Origin: Octopus sinensis
Taxonomy: Eukaryota
Direction of reading: 5' to 3'
Length of the DNA: 64,000 nt
Assembly: GCF_006345805.1 (NCBI RefSeq)
Contig: NC_043007.1
Location: forward strand, 43,896,001-43,960,000
Part shown: positions 51,671-63,668 of the stretch, in pieces
Layout: every line of letters starts with the position of its first letter
Position numbering within the stretch: the stretch's first letter is position 1
Notes under the pieces: model-generated
The model's database searches: none
Seen by the model: the letters and a program-made list of their open reading frames with translations, nothing else
What the model was told of the DNA's origin: nothing
Position numbers and translations under genes: made by a program

Positions 51671-52216
51671 CCCTTTTTAGGAATTATTCTTTCTTTCAAC
51701 TTTTTTTGCTTCTGTTATTTATTTTTACGTACCTTTTCCTGTACCTTTTCATTGTATTGTACAGTACCTTTCTTGCTGTGTTTGTCCACATTTGGTGGTT
51801 AATGAACAAAACATTATTATTATCATTACAAACTTGTTACCAGTTCAAATAAGCTTGAAGCATATTCGAACTCTTAAGAAAGCCATTTCTCGCTGTAGAC
51901 AAATAGGTGTAAATACACATAGTCAGCTCACATTGTTACTTAACCAGACTGTGGGATGCATGCATTTCTTCAACCACAGATACCGGAAAGAAAAGCACTG
52001 GGAACTGAAACACGAGAGGTAAGTCTCTCTTATGATGTTCCCATCATCATTCGATGACTGGTTGCGCTATTCAGCGGCTCACCGTAAATAAAATACGAGG
52101 TGACAACGATAAGCAGTTAGGTATAGAAATACAAACTTGTTACCAGTTCAAACATATTTGAACTAGTAAAAAGTTTGTATTATATGTATAAGAAAGTCAA
52201 GCGCTGTATTTTGGCA

Positions 52217-52603
52217 TTATTACCTCCGCCTTAGCGAAGGAGGGGATATTGTTTTTAGTCGTGATTGTTTGTTTGACTGTGGACAGGATATCTCAATAAC
52301 CGCTATTTGGATTCGGATGAAACTTTCAGAGATGTTTGGCCTCGTGACTGGCATGAACTGATTAAATTTTGGGATCGATCCGGTACCGGACAAGGATTCC
52401 GGATTATTTTTCCTGTTTTTTTTTTGTTTTTTTTTTTTACTTAATTTTTGAGAACGGTCGGGTTACTTTTTTTAGTATTCTCGTTTGTGAGAGCAGTCGA
52501 GTTTATTTCAGATATTCTAATTTTAAAAATCATCTCTGGCTAATCGTTGAGAGGACGTTGGTGTTGCCTTGGCGGAGGATTGCGCTCTCTGAGTGCTCTT
52601 GTT
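52217..52603 (+). mobile_element. Helentron-associated non-autonomous element (HINE/DINE-1-like)
   Basis: 5' TTATTACCTCCGCC..GAAGGAGG palindrome, subterminal inverted repeat CCTTGGCGGAGG (52567-52578), 3' hairpin GCGCTCTCTGAGTGC and TT end. Confidence 0.7.
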
Positions 52604-52825
52604 ATCATTATTATCACAGAGCGCTGATTCATCAGAACGTCAGTAAAAGTGTTTTGCGACATTAATCCAGCTCAAAACGTTCTAAATTCAAATCTTGCCA
52701 AGGTTAACTTTGCTTTTCATCCCCCTGGGGTCAATAACATAAAATAATACTCATGTGCAGGGGTCGATGTTATCAACTAATCCTCTTCCTTAATTCCTCA
52801 AATTCCAAACCCTGTGCCTATATTA

Positions 52826-52828
52826 GCA

Positions 52829-52879
<51 letters not shown>

Positions 52880-53015
52880 GATACTGCTACTACTACTGCT
52901 ACTACTACTACTGCTACGGCTACTGCTGCTACTACTACTAACACTACTACTACTACTACTACTACTACTGATACTGCTACTACTACTGCTACTACTACTG
53001 CTACTGCTACTGCTG

Positions 53016-53047
<32 letters not shown>

Positions 53048-53057
53048 GCTGCTGCTG

Positions 53058-53091
<34 letters not shown>

Positions 53092-53092
53092 A
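52826..53092. repeat. (CTA)n/(CTG) compound microsatellite with internal duplication
   Basis: Read directly from the sequence. The CTGATACTGCT motif occurs twice. Confidence 0.95.
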
Positions 53093-53374
53093 CAAGGTGA
53101 GGTTCTATTATCCATCTTCGAAATACTGGAAGGAACATGAGTATCATGCAGGAAGCCAACTAAACGAGAGAGGGAGAAAAGTGAGAAGAGAAAATGGAGA
53201 GTGCATTTCATATTGTGCGGAAAAATGCCATTAGTTTATAATGTCTTTCGGGGACATTTGATGGAGAAATTATAACTTGAGAGTTCTTTGGATGGTAATG
53301 AAGATGCTAAAATATCTTCTCACAACAACGACAACAGCAACAGCAACAACAACAACAACAACAACAACAATAAT

Positions 53375-53650
53375 AATAATAATGAAATTGTTCTCATGAG
53401 TACCGCCTACATCCTGAGAAAAAAATATATAGTCAACCTGAAAATACATGATTCTCTCAATATTCTTTCAAAAACCGAATCATTACAAATTTAAAGGAAT
53501 CTTGATTCCTGGATTGTAGTCAATTTCCTCTACAATATATCATTGCTAGTCGTAAGTAACACCGATAGCAAAAGGTCCAGCTTATTGTTACACGAGGTCT
53601 CTGACTGGGTTTTGGAATGGTTCATATTAAAACAAAGCAACAACATAAGT
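53375..53650 (+). mobile_element. Probable Dong/R4-type 3' end between (AAC/AAT)n tracts
   Basis: IVLMSTAYILRK resembles the (A/V)LLGTAxILRK C-terminal motif, and both flanks are triplet repeats. Confidence 0.5.
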
Positions 53651-53672
53651 AATAATAATAATAATAATAATG

Positions 53673-53707
<35 letters not shown>

Positions 53708-53921
53708 TAATAATAATAATAATAATAATATATAATAATAATAATAATAATAATAAATAATAATAATAAAACAAGAAGAAGAAGAAGAAGAAGAAGAAGA
53801 AGAAGAAGAAGAAGAAGAAGAAAGAAGAGAAGAAGAAGAAGAAGAGAAGAAGAAGAAGAAGAAGAAGAAGAAGAAGAAGAAGAAGAAGAAGAAGAAGAAG
53901 AAGAAGAAGAAGAAGAAGAAA
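53650..53921. repeat. (AAT)n-(GAA)n compound microsatellite
   Basis: Read directly from the sequence. Confidence 0.95.
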
Positions 53922-54260
53922 GAAAAGCCCCTTCATCGCAAATATTGGATTAAGCTAAACAGAAAAGAAATAGACAAAGCAAAATCCCAACAATGGCTGA
54001 GAAGTTCAGGACTCAAAGCAGAGACTGAAGTATTTTTAATTGCAGCACAAGATTAAATCCTTCCCACCGGAAATCACCAAGAACACGTAATGAAAAGAAA
54101 TACAAGTAACTTCAGAATATGTGGTGATGGAGAGGAAACAATAAATCAATTTGTCTCTGGCTGTCCTGTCCTGTCTAACAAGGAATATATTCACAGACAC
54201 GACAGAGTTGGGACCAATATAAACCGGAAGCTATGCCAACGTTATGGAATAACAACAAAT
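53922..54260 (+). mobile_element. Second fragment of the Dong/R4 family at 49.2 kb
   Basis: Clear nucleotide similarity to 49238-49580, with stop codons. Confidence 0.85.
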
Positions 54261-54595
54261 ACCTAAGTTGTATGAGCTCCATATGAACAATGACGAAGCC
54301 CTACCACAATATAGTTAGAACGTGACAACTTTCTTGACATTAAACAAAATGAATGGAAATTACCATCAACTATATGATAGGACTGAAACATATATGTAGG
54401 TTCTTTTTTACTTTTTTATCTTAATTTATTTTCTTTGAGCTTTCAACTTCCAATCAGTTTATTTGTACTGTTTTTTTAATGTCATCTTTTTGTAACATAC
54501 AAATAAATTAGTAATTACATTCATCTATTCTCCATTTTCTGCTTCTTGTTTTCCCATATATATATATATATATAATATATATATATATAGATATA

Positions 54596-54641
<46 letters not shown>

Positions 54642-54643
54642 TT

Positions 54644-54869
54644 ATTTATTTTATAGAAGGAGCTTCTACAGGACTAGAACTGTTTCATTCAAAAGAAATC
54701 ATCAGGAAGCTAGGTGACAAGAATCTTGTCACCTAGCTTCCTGATGATTTCTTTTGAATGAAACAGTTCTAGTCCTGTAGAAGCTCCTTCTATAAAATAA
54801 ATTAATTTACTCTGCTATGTATTGAGTACCTTATTTACTGTGGTTAACCCCGACTCAACCGGGACCTAC

Positions 54870-54872
<3 letters not shown>
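54644..54872. mobile_element. Perfect palindrome in (TA)n carrying a type I hammerhead ribozyme (Penelope-like terminus)
   Basis: 79-bp arms, 54644-54722 and 54724-54802, with (TA)n on both sides. Confidence 0.75.
54735..54785 (+). ncRNA. Type I hammerhead ribozyme (predicted)
   Basis: AGCTTC-CTGATGA-TTTC/TTTT/GAAT-GAAA-CAG/TTCTAGTC/CTG-TA-GAAGCT: helix I AGCUUC:GAAGCU, intact core, GUA cleavage triplet. Mirror copy on the minus strand at 54661-54711. Confidence 0.75.
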
Positions 54873-54909
<37 letters not shown>

Positions 54910-55074
54910 TATATATATTATATATATATATATATTATATATATATATATATAATATATTTATATATATATACACATACATATTGACATCATAAAAAATT
55001 TATAAACTTTCGAGAGTAGGTGAAATAATTCTTTCTTGAAAATAGAAGCACACACACTCGCGCATACACACTCG

Positions 55075-55255
55075 TTTCAAATTTTGGCACAAGACCAGAA
55101 ATTCCGGGGACGGGGTAAGTCGATAATTAGTTCAACTAGTACTTATATTATTGACCCCGAGAGGGTGAAAGGCAAAGTCGATCTCCACGAAATTTGAATT
55201 CAGAACGTAAAAACCGACGAAATGCCGCTAAGCATTTTTCCCGATGTGCTAAAGA
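55075..55255 (-). mobile_element. SINE family A (diverged)
   Basis: Reverse complement of the family A head/body (GGCAAAGTCGA..ATTTGAATTCAGAACGTAA..AAATGCCGCTAAGCATTT). Confidence 0.75.
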
Positions 55256-55310
55256 TCCTGCCAGATGGTTGCCTCTCCACACACACACATACATACATAC
55301 ATATATGTAT

Positions 55311-55417
<107 letters not shown>

Positions 55418-55433
55418 ATATATATATATATAT

Positions 55434-55634
55434 TCGCCATGATTGATCGCTAGCCACTAAACCTTTTTTTATTCTCTGTTTATTTTCTCGTGTTCCTTTG
55501 TGTTGAAGAGCGTAGGCTCGAAACGTAAAACACTTTCTCACCTTGCTGAGCGTTAAACTAATACATCTGTTTGTTGTTTACACACCCGTCTTCGTCTTTT
55601 GTTTTGTTTGTTTGTTTTTTTTGTAAATTCCAAC

Positions 55635-55640
<6 letters not shown>
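55434..55640 (+). mobile_element. Penelope-like terminal repeat fragment in (TA)n, degenerate hammerhead
   Basis: TGTTGA-AGAGC-GTAG-GCTC-GAAACG (mutated core, intact helix II), with (TA)n flanks. Confidence 0.5.
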
Positions 55641-55675
<35 letters not shown>

Positions 55676-56235
55676 TATATAATATATATATATATATATT
55701 GATTTCAGTTTGCTATTCAAACAAGCTGTCAGACAAGTGTTAACTACGTAAATTATCTATCCAGTTTACTTTAGCCACTAATATTGTTAACATCAGCAGG
55801 ATTATAAAATAATGAATACATAGATTGCTAAAGATGGCACAAAACTGCTAACGAGATTTGAAACAGAGTTGAAATGTGCCGTGCACCATATAACATGCGA
55901 AGCTGTCCTCTCTTTTTCCGTTCACAAGCATATTGTGTATATAAACATAATATTTTCATTCATCGTAACATACAGAGTTGGCTAAAAATCCATAACGATT
56001 GTATTCTATACTTCTGTGACATTATAGTTGTCAATCCTGATAGTGGCTATTTTCTTAGTTTACGGTTCCCCCAAAAGAAACCCAATGAAAATATATGCAA
56101 TGAAAGTCTACCATGAAAAATAATTCCGCCATTGCTCCTAAAACAACTAAACTATGATGTACTTGAATACCATGAAAATCGCTTGGTTCAATGAAAATAT
56201 ATCGCGACTTTTATTTACACACACACATACACACA

Positions 56236-56302
<67 letters not shown>

Positions 56303-58390
56303 CCCTCCTTATCTATCTCCTCTCTCTTTCTCTCTCTCTCCCTCTCTTCAAAAGGATGATTAACAAATAACTGATCTGAAAATGTTTTCAAGAAAAAAGA
56401 AGCACATTCAATATATTAACATTCACTTCCTTCATAACAAAATAGCTTTAAAGAAAGTGTTTTCAAGGGTATTTTTCGTCAACAATAGAAAAGCAAAAAT
56501 AATAAATTATTAAAAGAAACAAAAAAAAAAGTTAGTTGATTGTAATAAAAGAATTACAAACGAAATTAACAAATATTTCGTTTACTTTAAGGCTAAACAA
56601 TTTAGTCTTAAATCTTTAGTTTTGCTATATGCTTTGTTCTCTATTCTTTATTGTCTTTCTTTTATTCCGAAGTGAACAGAGGTATTTCTTGGATGTTCTA
56701 AAAATAGTAAATTTTTGCCAAGTTTACCGAAGGAAAAGTTACCTTGGATAATTTTCAAACAGGGAATCTTGCAAACATAAATATTTACTCAAATACCCGG
56801 TGTGAACAAAAATAACCTGCTTTTAGTCACATTGCAGTTTATTTTCATGTGTTTACCTTTCTGTTAAATATGATTTCTCGTTTGAGAGTAGCAGCAAATG
56901 ACTCCATAAAATTTAATACTGAAATTAAGAACATTGAATATAAAAAGAAAAAAAAAGACAAGAAATTCAATTAATCTAGCAGACACACTGTCAAATGAGA
57001 AAATAAAGCAATTTTAACAAACGATAGCATTACACGACACAAACAAAAGCATTGACGACAGCAACTTGAACAATTATTTTTTTAATGTTACAAACAAAAG
57101 AGAAGTAGAGACATTGAAAACCTGCCGTAAAAAAGGATGTTAATATTTTGTCCCTAACGTAAGTACCTCTTTGCCAGAGAGAATTATCCAAGAACAAATT
57201 AAAAGGAGGGTTCATCCAGTTTAAGGTTTTATGCGATCAGCCGAAGTTTTGCGAACAAATAACTTATTTAAATGCGATATATTAATACATATATTCTATC
57301 TAACAATGTAATATAAGTAGGGTTTTTTCCGTTGTCTTTTTGACAAAAAGTCTTGACTTTCCGATTGCTTCCATAGATTCTGAATATTTCTAATCACATT
57401 TGGTGTTTGATTAGGAATTTCATTATCTTCACTTAAACTAGACAATATCATGCCTCTGTTTGTGACATTTGCAAATAAAGTATTTGATTGCCTTGATAAA
57501 TATTTTTTTCCCTCTCAAACATTTCTGTATTCCTTTATTTGTTCTTTTTCCTCTTTATTCCGAAAGATCACCAACACATCTAACTGTTTAAATCATTCTT
57601 TGAACAAAAGGTAATTGTTTATATAACATCGTTGTTGTTCTTGTTGCTGTTGTTTAGCCCCAGATCAGCCCTGATTGACCAAGCTTATGATCAAAGGCAT
57701 TTCAGCATTGAATATCTCATTGTATTTTTCAAACATTTGCATCTACAATTATATTATTCAATGTGTTCTTTTTAAAAAAGACAAGGCGTGATTTGCGAGA
57801 GAATTAGCTGCTTTTTTCTAGTAGGTAAAGTGACCACATAGAGGTCCTCATCGAAAGTTCTATATTTCAGTTTTGCAAGCAGGTAAAGCAGTATTTTTAA
57901 CACTAAACATGTCACCTGGAATAATTGAATGCACAAAACAAGCTGTATGAATACTGGATATAGCCGTAAAACTATTTTATATCTAATCGATAATTCATAC
58001 AAATGAATTTCGGGTTTTCTTCTTTAAATTTAATGGTGTTTTTTTTTTCTTTCTTTAAAAAAAGACAGTATAGAGTAATTTTTTTACTGCAATAACAGCA
58101 TATAAATTTTAATCACCTGCAAACTTAAAACATTCTTGCGGAATGTAAAATAAGAACATTAAGTTAAAAAAAAAAGATTAAATTTTCTTTATTGGAAAAG
58201 AAATAAAAAGAATCAAATATGGTTGGTTTGGTGTGTAGTTGACTGGTGACAGCTTAAACATCTTTGCAGACAACAATGACAAGTTCTTTGGATAGTTTCA
58301 ATGGCAAATATTTTAATACATCACAAAATGGAGAACTCAAGAAAGTGATATTAACATAAATGAAGATAAGATATAAATATATACTCACAC

Positions 58391-59200
58391 ATATCATAAT
58401 GATATTTATTCTATGATTTTGAAGCGACAATTTTTAAATATAAACAAATGAGAGAAAGAGATGAACTAACCTCACGCTGAATTGAACTCACAACTCAACG
58501 CTTTCATGGCTCCTTGAGAATCTGATTGGCCAAACGCTCACCCATCAATTTCAGTCAAATTTAGTTATTATATACTTAAACTGTCTTAATACTACATAAA
58601 TAATATTTTTTTATAAACAAACCCGAAAGGCTTTGCGAGTTACGGAGAGAAAGCTTCTATGGAAGGCTTATAATAACTGTATATAATATATATCATAGTG
58701 ATATTTATTTTCCGATTTTGAAGCGACAATTTTTAAATATAAACAAATGACCGAAAAAGGATGAACTAACCTCACGCTGAATTGAACTCACAACTCAACG
58801 CTTTCATGGCTCCTTGAGAATCTGATTGGCCAAACGCTCACCCATCAATTTCAGTCAAATTTAGTTATTATATACTTAAACTGTCTTAATACTACATAAA
58901 TAATATTTTTTTATAAACAAACCCGAAAGGCTTTGCGAGTTACGGAGAGAAAGCTTCTATGGAAGGCTTATAATAACTGTATATAATATATATCATAGTG
59001 ATATTTATTTTCCGATTTTGAAGCGACAATTTTTAAATATAAACAAATGACCGAAAAAGGATGAGCTAACCTCATGCTGAATCGAACTCACAAATCAACG
59101 CTTTCATGGCTTCTTGCGAATATGATTGGCCAAATGCTCATCCATCAATTATTATACTATGAGCCTTCTATGGTAGCTTTCTCTCTGCATCTCGGACCAA
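58391..59200. repeat. ~300-bp tandem repeat (~2.5 copies) closed by an inverted end
   Basis: Lines 58501 and 58801 are identical, and 59101 is a diverged third copy. 59150-59190 is an imperfect reverse complement of 58944-58975. Confidence 0.9.
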
Positions 59201-61263
59201 CTTGCATAGCCCCTGGAAGAGATGAGCTGTGAACTTCATTCTCCCGTCTGCATTCTTCTATCTACTGTTTTAGACTTTATTCTTCTATCTACTCTTTTAT
59301 TCCTTTATACACTGTGAATTTTCTGTCTAGAGCTTTCTTACATATTCACCTTGTCTCTGATGGCAGACTACCTAGTGTATGGAGATGCTAACCTATCATT
59401 TGCGATATCTCAAAAACAGCTGTAAGATATCCAATAATGAATGAATGAATTAATTAATTAATTAATTACTTCAAAGTCACCTTACTCCAATTAAATATTT
59501 TAAATGACCTGAGATATTAGTCTCACCTTGGTTTTGTCGTCCTTTCTGTTCTAATATATGTGGCCGAATGCTTCAAAAGTTCATTTCCCAATTACCAGAG
59601 CTTAATTTAGATCTCGCTACCTGTCTTTTACCACAGCTCCGGTCAGCCCATGTATTGTAAAACTGAATGTATGGAAACTGTACGGGAGCCAGTTTGGAAA
59701 GACTGTACCTGTAATTCGAAACTTGCGTTTTGTCATACACTGTATCACACTGGTTTTGCTTGAGAATCATATTAAAGGTCCATATGTCTGTGGAATACTC
59801 TGCTACCTACACTTTAATTTGATGATGGTTGATGGTACAACTGGCGTAGGTCTATTTCCTTATGCCTTCACCTCCCTTTTCCTCTAGAAATAAATGTGTG
59901 TGGTTGTGTCTCTAATCTAGAAATTGTAATTCAACATTTGGAAGCGAAGAGCATGGCAGTAACGAAGAACTGCAAGGCTAAGTTTCTGTCTGTATTTAGC
60001 ACCGTTTCAGAGAAACAGTTGGCACTCATCCCTTCCTTTAATCAATACAATAAGTACCAGTTTCTTACTGGAGTTGATTCAGTCAATTGTAGTAATCTTC
60101 CTCAACAAATGTTTGATCTTGCACCAGATATAAACCATTACTTAACTTTAAATACAGCAGTCTTTGGTACAACATTAAATTATCAGTATACTCACACTAC
60201 ACTTCACTTACTTCTATTGACCTCCTTCAGTGTATATTAATGACTTCGTTCACTGTAATTTGCAATGTCGTGTCCAAGAGCACATTAAGAGAGATTTGTT
60301 GTTTTGTATCATGTTAATACGACATATAAATCTATCTAATTGAGATATCGATGTTTCTTGTAAAAACCATCTCTTGTCAGGTGAAATGGGAATTCAAATT
60401 TAAATCGACTGAGTGTGCCAAATATTTGGCAGTGTTACAAATAGCATGAGAATCTTTCTAAAGTTTATTGCTCTGTTTATTGTTCCTATTGAATATTAAA
60501 GAATTGCGTGCGTTTGTGTGTTTATGGAGCCTATAAATCGAATTTAATCAAATGCAACAACAAATATTATTGCGACATTCTTATAATTCATATTCTAGTT
60601 TTACCTTCGGGGAAAGCTTCTCCTTAATCGAAGCCACAATGCAAATAAAAGCAGATCGATTGAAATCAAAATTGTTACGGATATCTTTCTCAAGGAATGA
60701 CTAGGAAAACGAAAAGAAAAGAGTAAAACATCTCACTTCATAAACCTATATGCACCACATCATAAGACTATAAAAACGATAAACCTACACACATCAATAC
60801 TTCAAAAGTCTAGCATACGTTAGACCTATATACACGGCTTCTTACAATTCTACTCATTGCACATGCACGACCGAGTTCTACAGAATTTTCTTACTGCCTG
60901 TTTCCATAGTTAATGCAGATAAAAGCTTTCTTGTATTCAGCCAGCAGACTCGGATTGAATGTTAAATATGATTATAATAGGACGCACCAGGGAAGTATCT
61001 TTACTGCACATTCATTCAATTATTGTTAATGGATGGCATAAGGACCAGCTCTCGCAAGTTGCTAATATGGAGCACTTAAGTATATATACTCTGCGAAGCA
61101 GTTTGTTATTTACTGTGTGGGAATTCTCCTGTTTCATCCACGATCATTACATTTATTGTCGACTTCGGTAATAAATATATCAGTACGTATCATTCACGCG
61201 CGCGCGCATTTATATACATAGTAGAATATGACATAAAACTCATTGGTACAGTATTATTTATTT

Positions 61264-61392
61264 GAAAAAATGAATAGAAATGGCTTTTCTGATAATTTTC
61301 TCAACTTTAATAATTAGATGTTTAACTTGTAAACACCTAATTATTAAAGTTGAAAAAATTATCAGAAAAGCCATTTCTATTCATTTTCTCAA
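61264..61392. repeat. Imperfect ~60-bp-arm palindrome
   Basis: AAAATGAATAGAAATGGCTTTTCTGATAATTTT..AAAATTATCAGAAAAGCCATTTCTATTCATTTT. Confidence 0.85.
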
Positions 61393-61409
61393 ATGTACAT
61401 GTGTGTGTG

Positions 61410-61439
<30 letters not shown>

Positions 61440-61441
<2 letters not shown>

Positions 61442-61565
61442 ACAATTTTATTTCGTAATGAGATAAATAAAAACCAAGGCTGTGTAGATTTTAGAACATC
61501 TATAAATGTTCTAAAATCTACACAGCCTTGTTTTTTTATCTCATTACGAAATGAAATTTTTATAT
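61440..61565. repeat. Fold-back adjacent to (TA)n
   Basis: ATTTCGTAATGAGATAAA..AAGGCTGTGTAGATTTTAGAACAT / ATGTTCTAAAATCTACACAGCCTT..TTTATCTCATTACGAAAT. Confidence 0.85.
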
Positions 61566-62029
61566 ACACACGCTGACATGTGACCAACGTTGAACCCCTC
61601 ATTCGCATAATCACTGAATCTGGAACTTAACTGCGGTCCATCTATAGCACTTATTAAGCATTACCTGACACCTTTGGGTCTCAATGACACCATTACCTCT
61701 CATAACCCCCTATATATATATAACATACAGATACATATACCTACACATATATACAGGTATATATGCATGTAAATATACTTTTATTAAAGCTGAACATGAA
61801 ACTCTGAGTACCAGTTTGTGAAGATCTTTACACTTTAATAAAAGAAAGTTACTCTACCTTCGGTATTTGAGTACTATTTTTTCCCACCTTGTTTTGCATT
61901 TATGTGCTTACTCGTGTACATGCGTATATATATACATGTGCGTATATTATACATTATATATATATATATAAAGGCGGTGCTCCAGCATGGCCACAGTTCA
62001 AATGACTGAAACAAGTAAAAGAGAAAGAG

Positions 62030-62091
<62 letters not shown>

Positions 62092-62095
<4 letters not shown>

Positions 62096-62270
62096 TTGTT
62101 GTATTTAGGAATGGTCATTTTGCCAGTTTAGCCAATAAAACACACGCACTATATATTTGGTGTTACTTTGCTTCAGCGTTATTTATTTTTTTCATTAATC
62201 TTAATCTTATTTCGGCCAGAATTCTGTCGTCTAAACTGGCAAAATGTCCATTCCTAAATACAACAATATG
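62092..62270. repeat. Inverted ~39-bp arms adjacent to (TA)n
   Basis: ATATTGTTGTATTTAGGAATGGTCATTTTGCCAGTTTAG versus CTAAACTGGCAAAATGTCCATTCCTAAATACAACAATAT. Confidence 0.85.
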
Positions 62271-62486
62271 TTTCAACACACGATTTCACATCAAAAATCT
62301 TGCAAAACAAATATATATGTGTGTGTGTAGAGAGGGGGGGGGGGTAAAAGACAAAAAATTATATATTGCAGCAATTCTTTCGTATCAGATGTATACATAT
62401 TCAGCGTGCAATCTTTTCTATGCTTAGAGTAGCGTCTATATCCATCCATCCATTCATCCATACATACATGCATATGTATGTATGTT

Positions 62487-62527
<41 letters not shown>

Positions 62528-62635
62528 TTCTATTTCGTTATAGGTAGGATCAACAAAAAGTATACACAAAATTTTTAAAAGAGCTACTAATAGTTTCATG
62601 CCGTAGAGACACTAATTTGGCAAATTTATATAACA

Positions 62636-62930
62636 CTAGCAGTACCCGAGGAAATTCCACGGTAAATGAGAAAGTTTTTAGATGATTGTAAGTTTATATA
62701 GATACATAAGAATTAGCATTTCTTTATAAATTGTATATTCTGCATAATTTTCGTTTAAAAACACCTTTTAGTTCTGGATACGGCTGTAGTCGAAGGAGCA
62801 TGAATTTTCCATACTCTCAGAAGTTCAGAGGTTCATTTGTAAATCTAAGAGTGTGTGTGTGTGCAGACAGAATTTGCAACATAGCTCCATATAAATCAAA
62901 TATAAAACCTGTCAAGCGTTTTTATATATT
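62636..62930 (-). mobile_element. Non-autonomous Helitron 3' terminus (right boundary approximate)
   Basis: A|CTAG at 62636-62639 with the hairpin ACCCGAGGAAATTCCACGGT a few nt inside. Confidence 0.5.
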
Positions 62931-63583
62931 TTAAAATCTAAATAAATTCTAATGTTTTCTCTGTGTATTTTCAACTTGGTTTCTGTACTAACACCTGTAT
63001 GGATTAATAACGATGTATATGTTTGTGTGCGTGTACGCGTGTATATGTCTTTGTGTGTGTGAGGGCATGTGTGTGTAAATGTGTATGCATTTAGGTGTAT
63101 GCGTGTGAGTGGGTACACTCATACCTCGGTACAACGGACCTCTCTTTAACGAATTTCGAAAGCAGCGGACAAAATCACAGCATATCACACCTCTTCCCCA
63201 TCAATGGTAAGTCTAATTTTAAATTTAAAAAATGTTGAATTTACTGTATTATAGTGCATATTTACATTGTACAGGTATTCTACACTGTCGGATTGGATAA
63301 GTGTGTTTGATTAAAAGGACAGTACAGTATTCATTCCTCTGTTTTTCATAATGTAATTGTCGGTTGGATTGTACCTGTAATTCAAAGGTACAGCTTTGGT
63401 CACACAGGCACGCTGATTCTACCGGAGAATTACGTTAAGGTTACGCGTGTCTATTGAATACTTAACCAGGTTAATTCCGGATCAGGTAATCCAGTGAACC
63501 GAACAAGTGAATCCTCATCGTCGACCGACGAAGTTTTACTACCATGTGTGAAAGATAGTTTGTGTGTGTGTGTGTGTGCGTGT

Positions 63584-63668
<85 letters not shown>

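Noticed and set aside
52798-53211. Poly-Thr, poly-Val and poly-Ser ORFs (mucin- or antifreeze-like)
   Set aside because: They are translations of a (CTA)n/(CTG) microsatellite that is open in several frames, with no splice or signal context.
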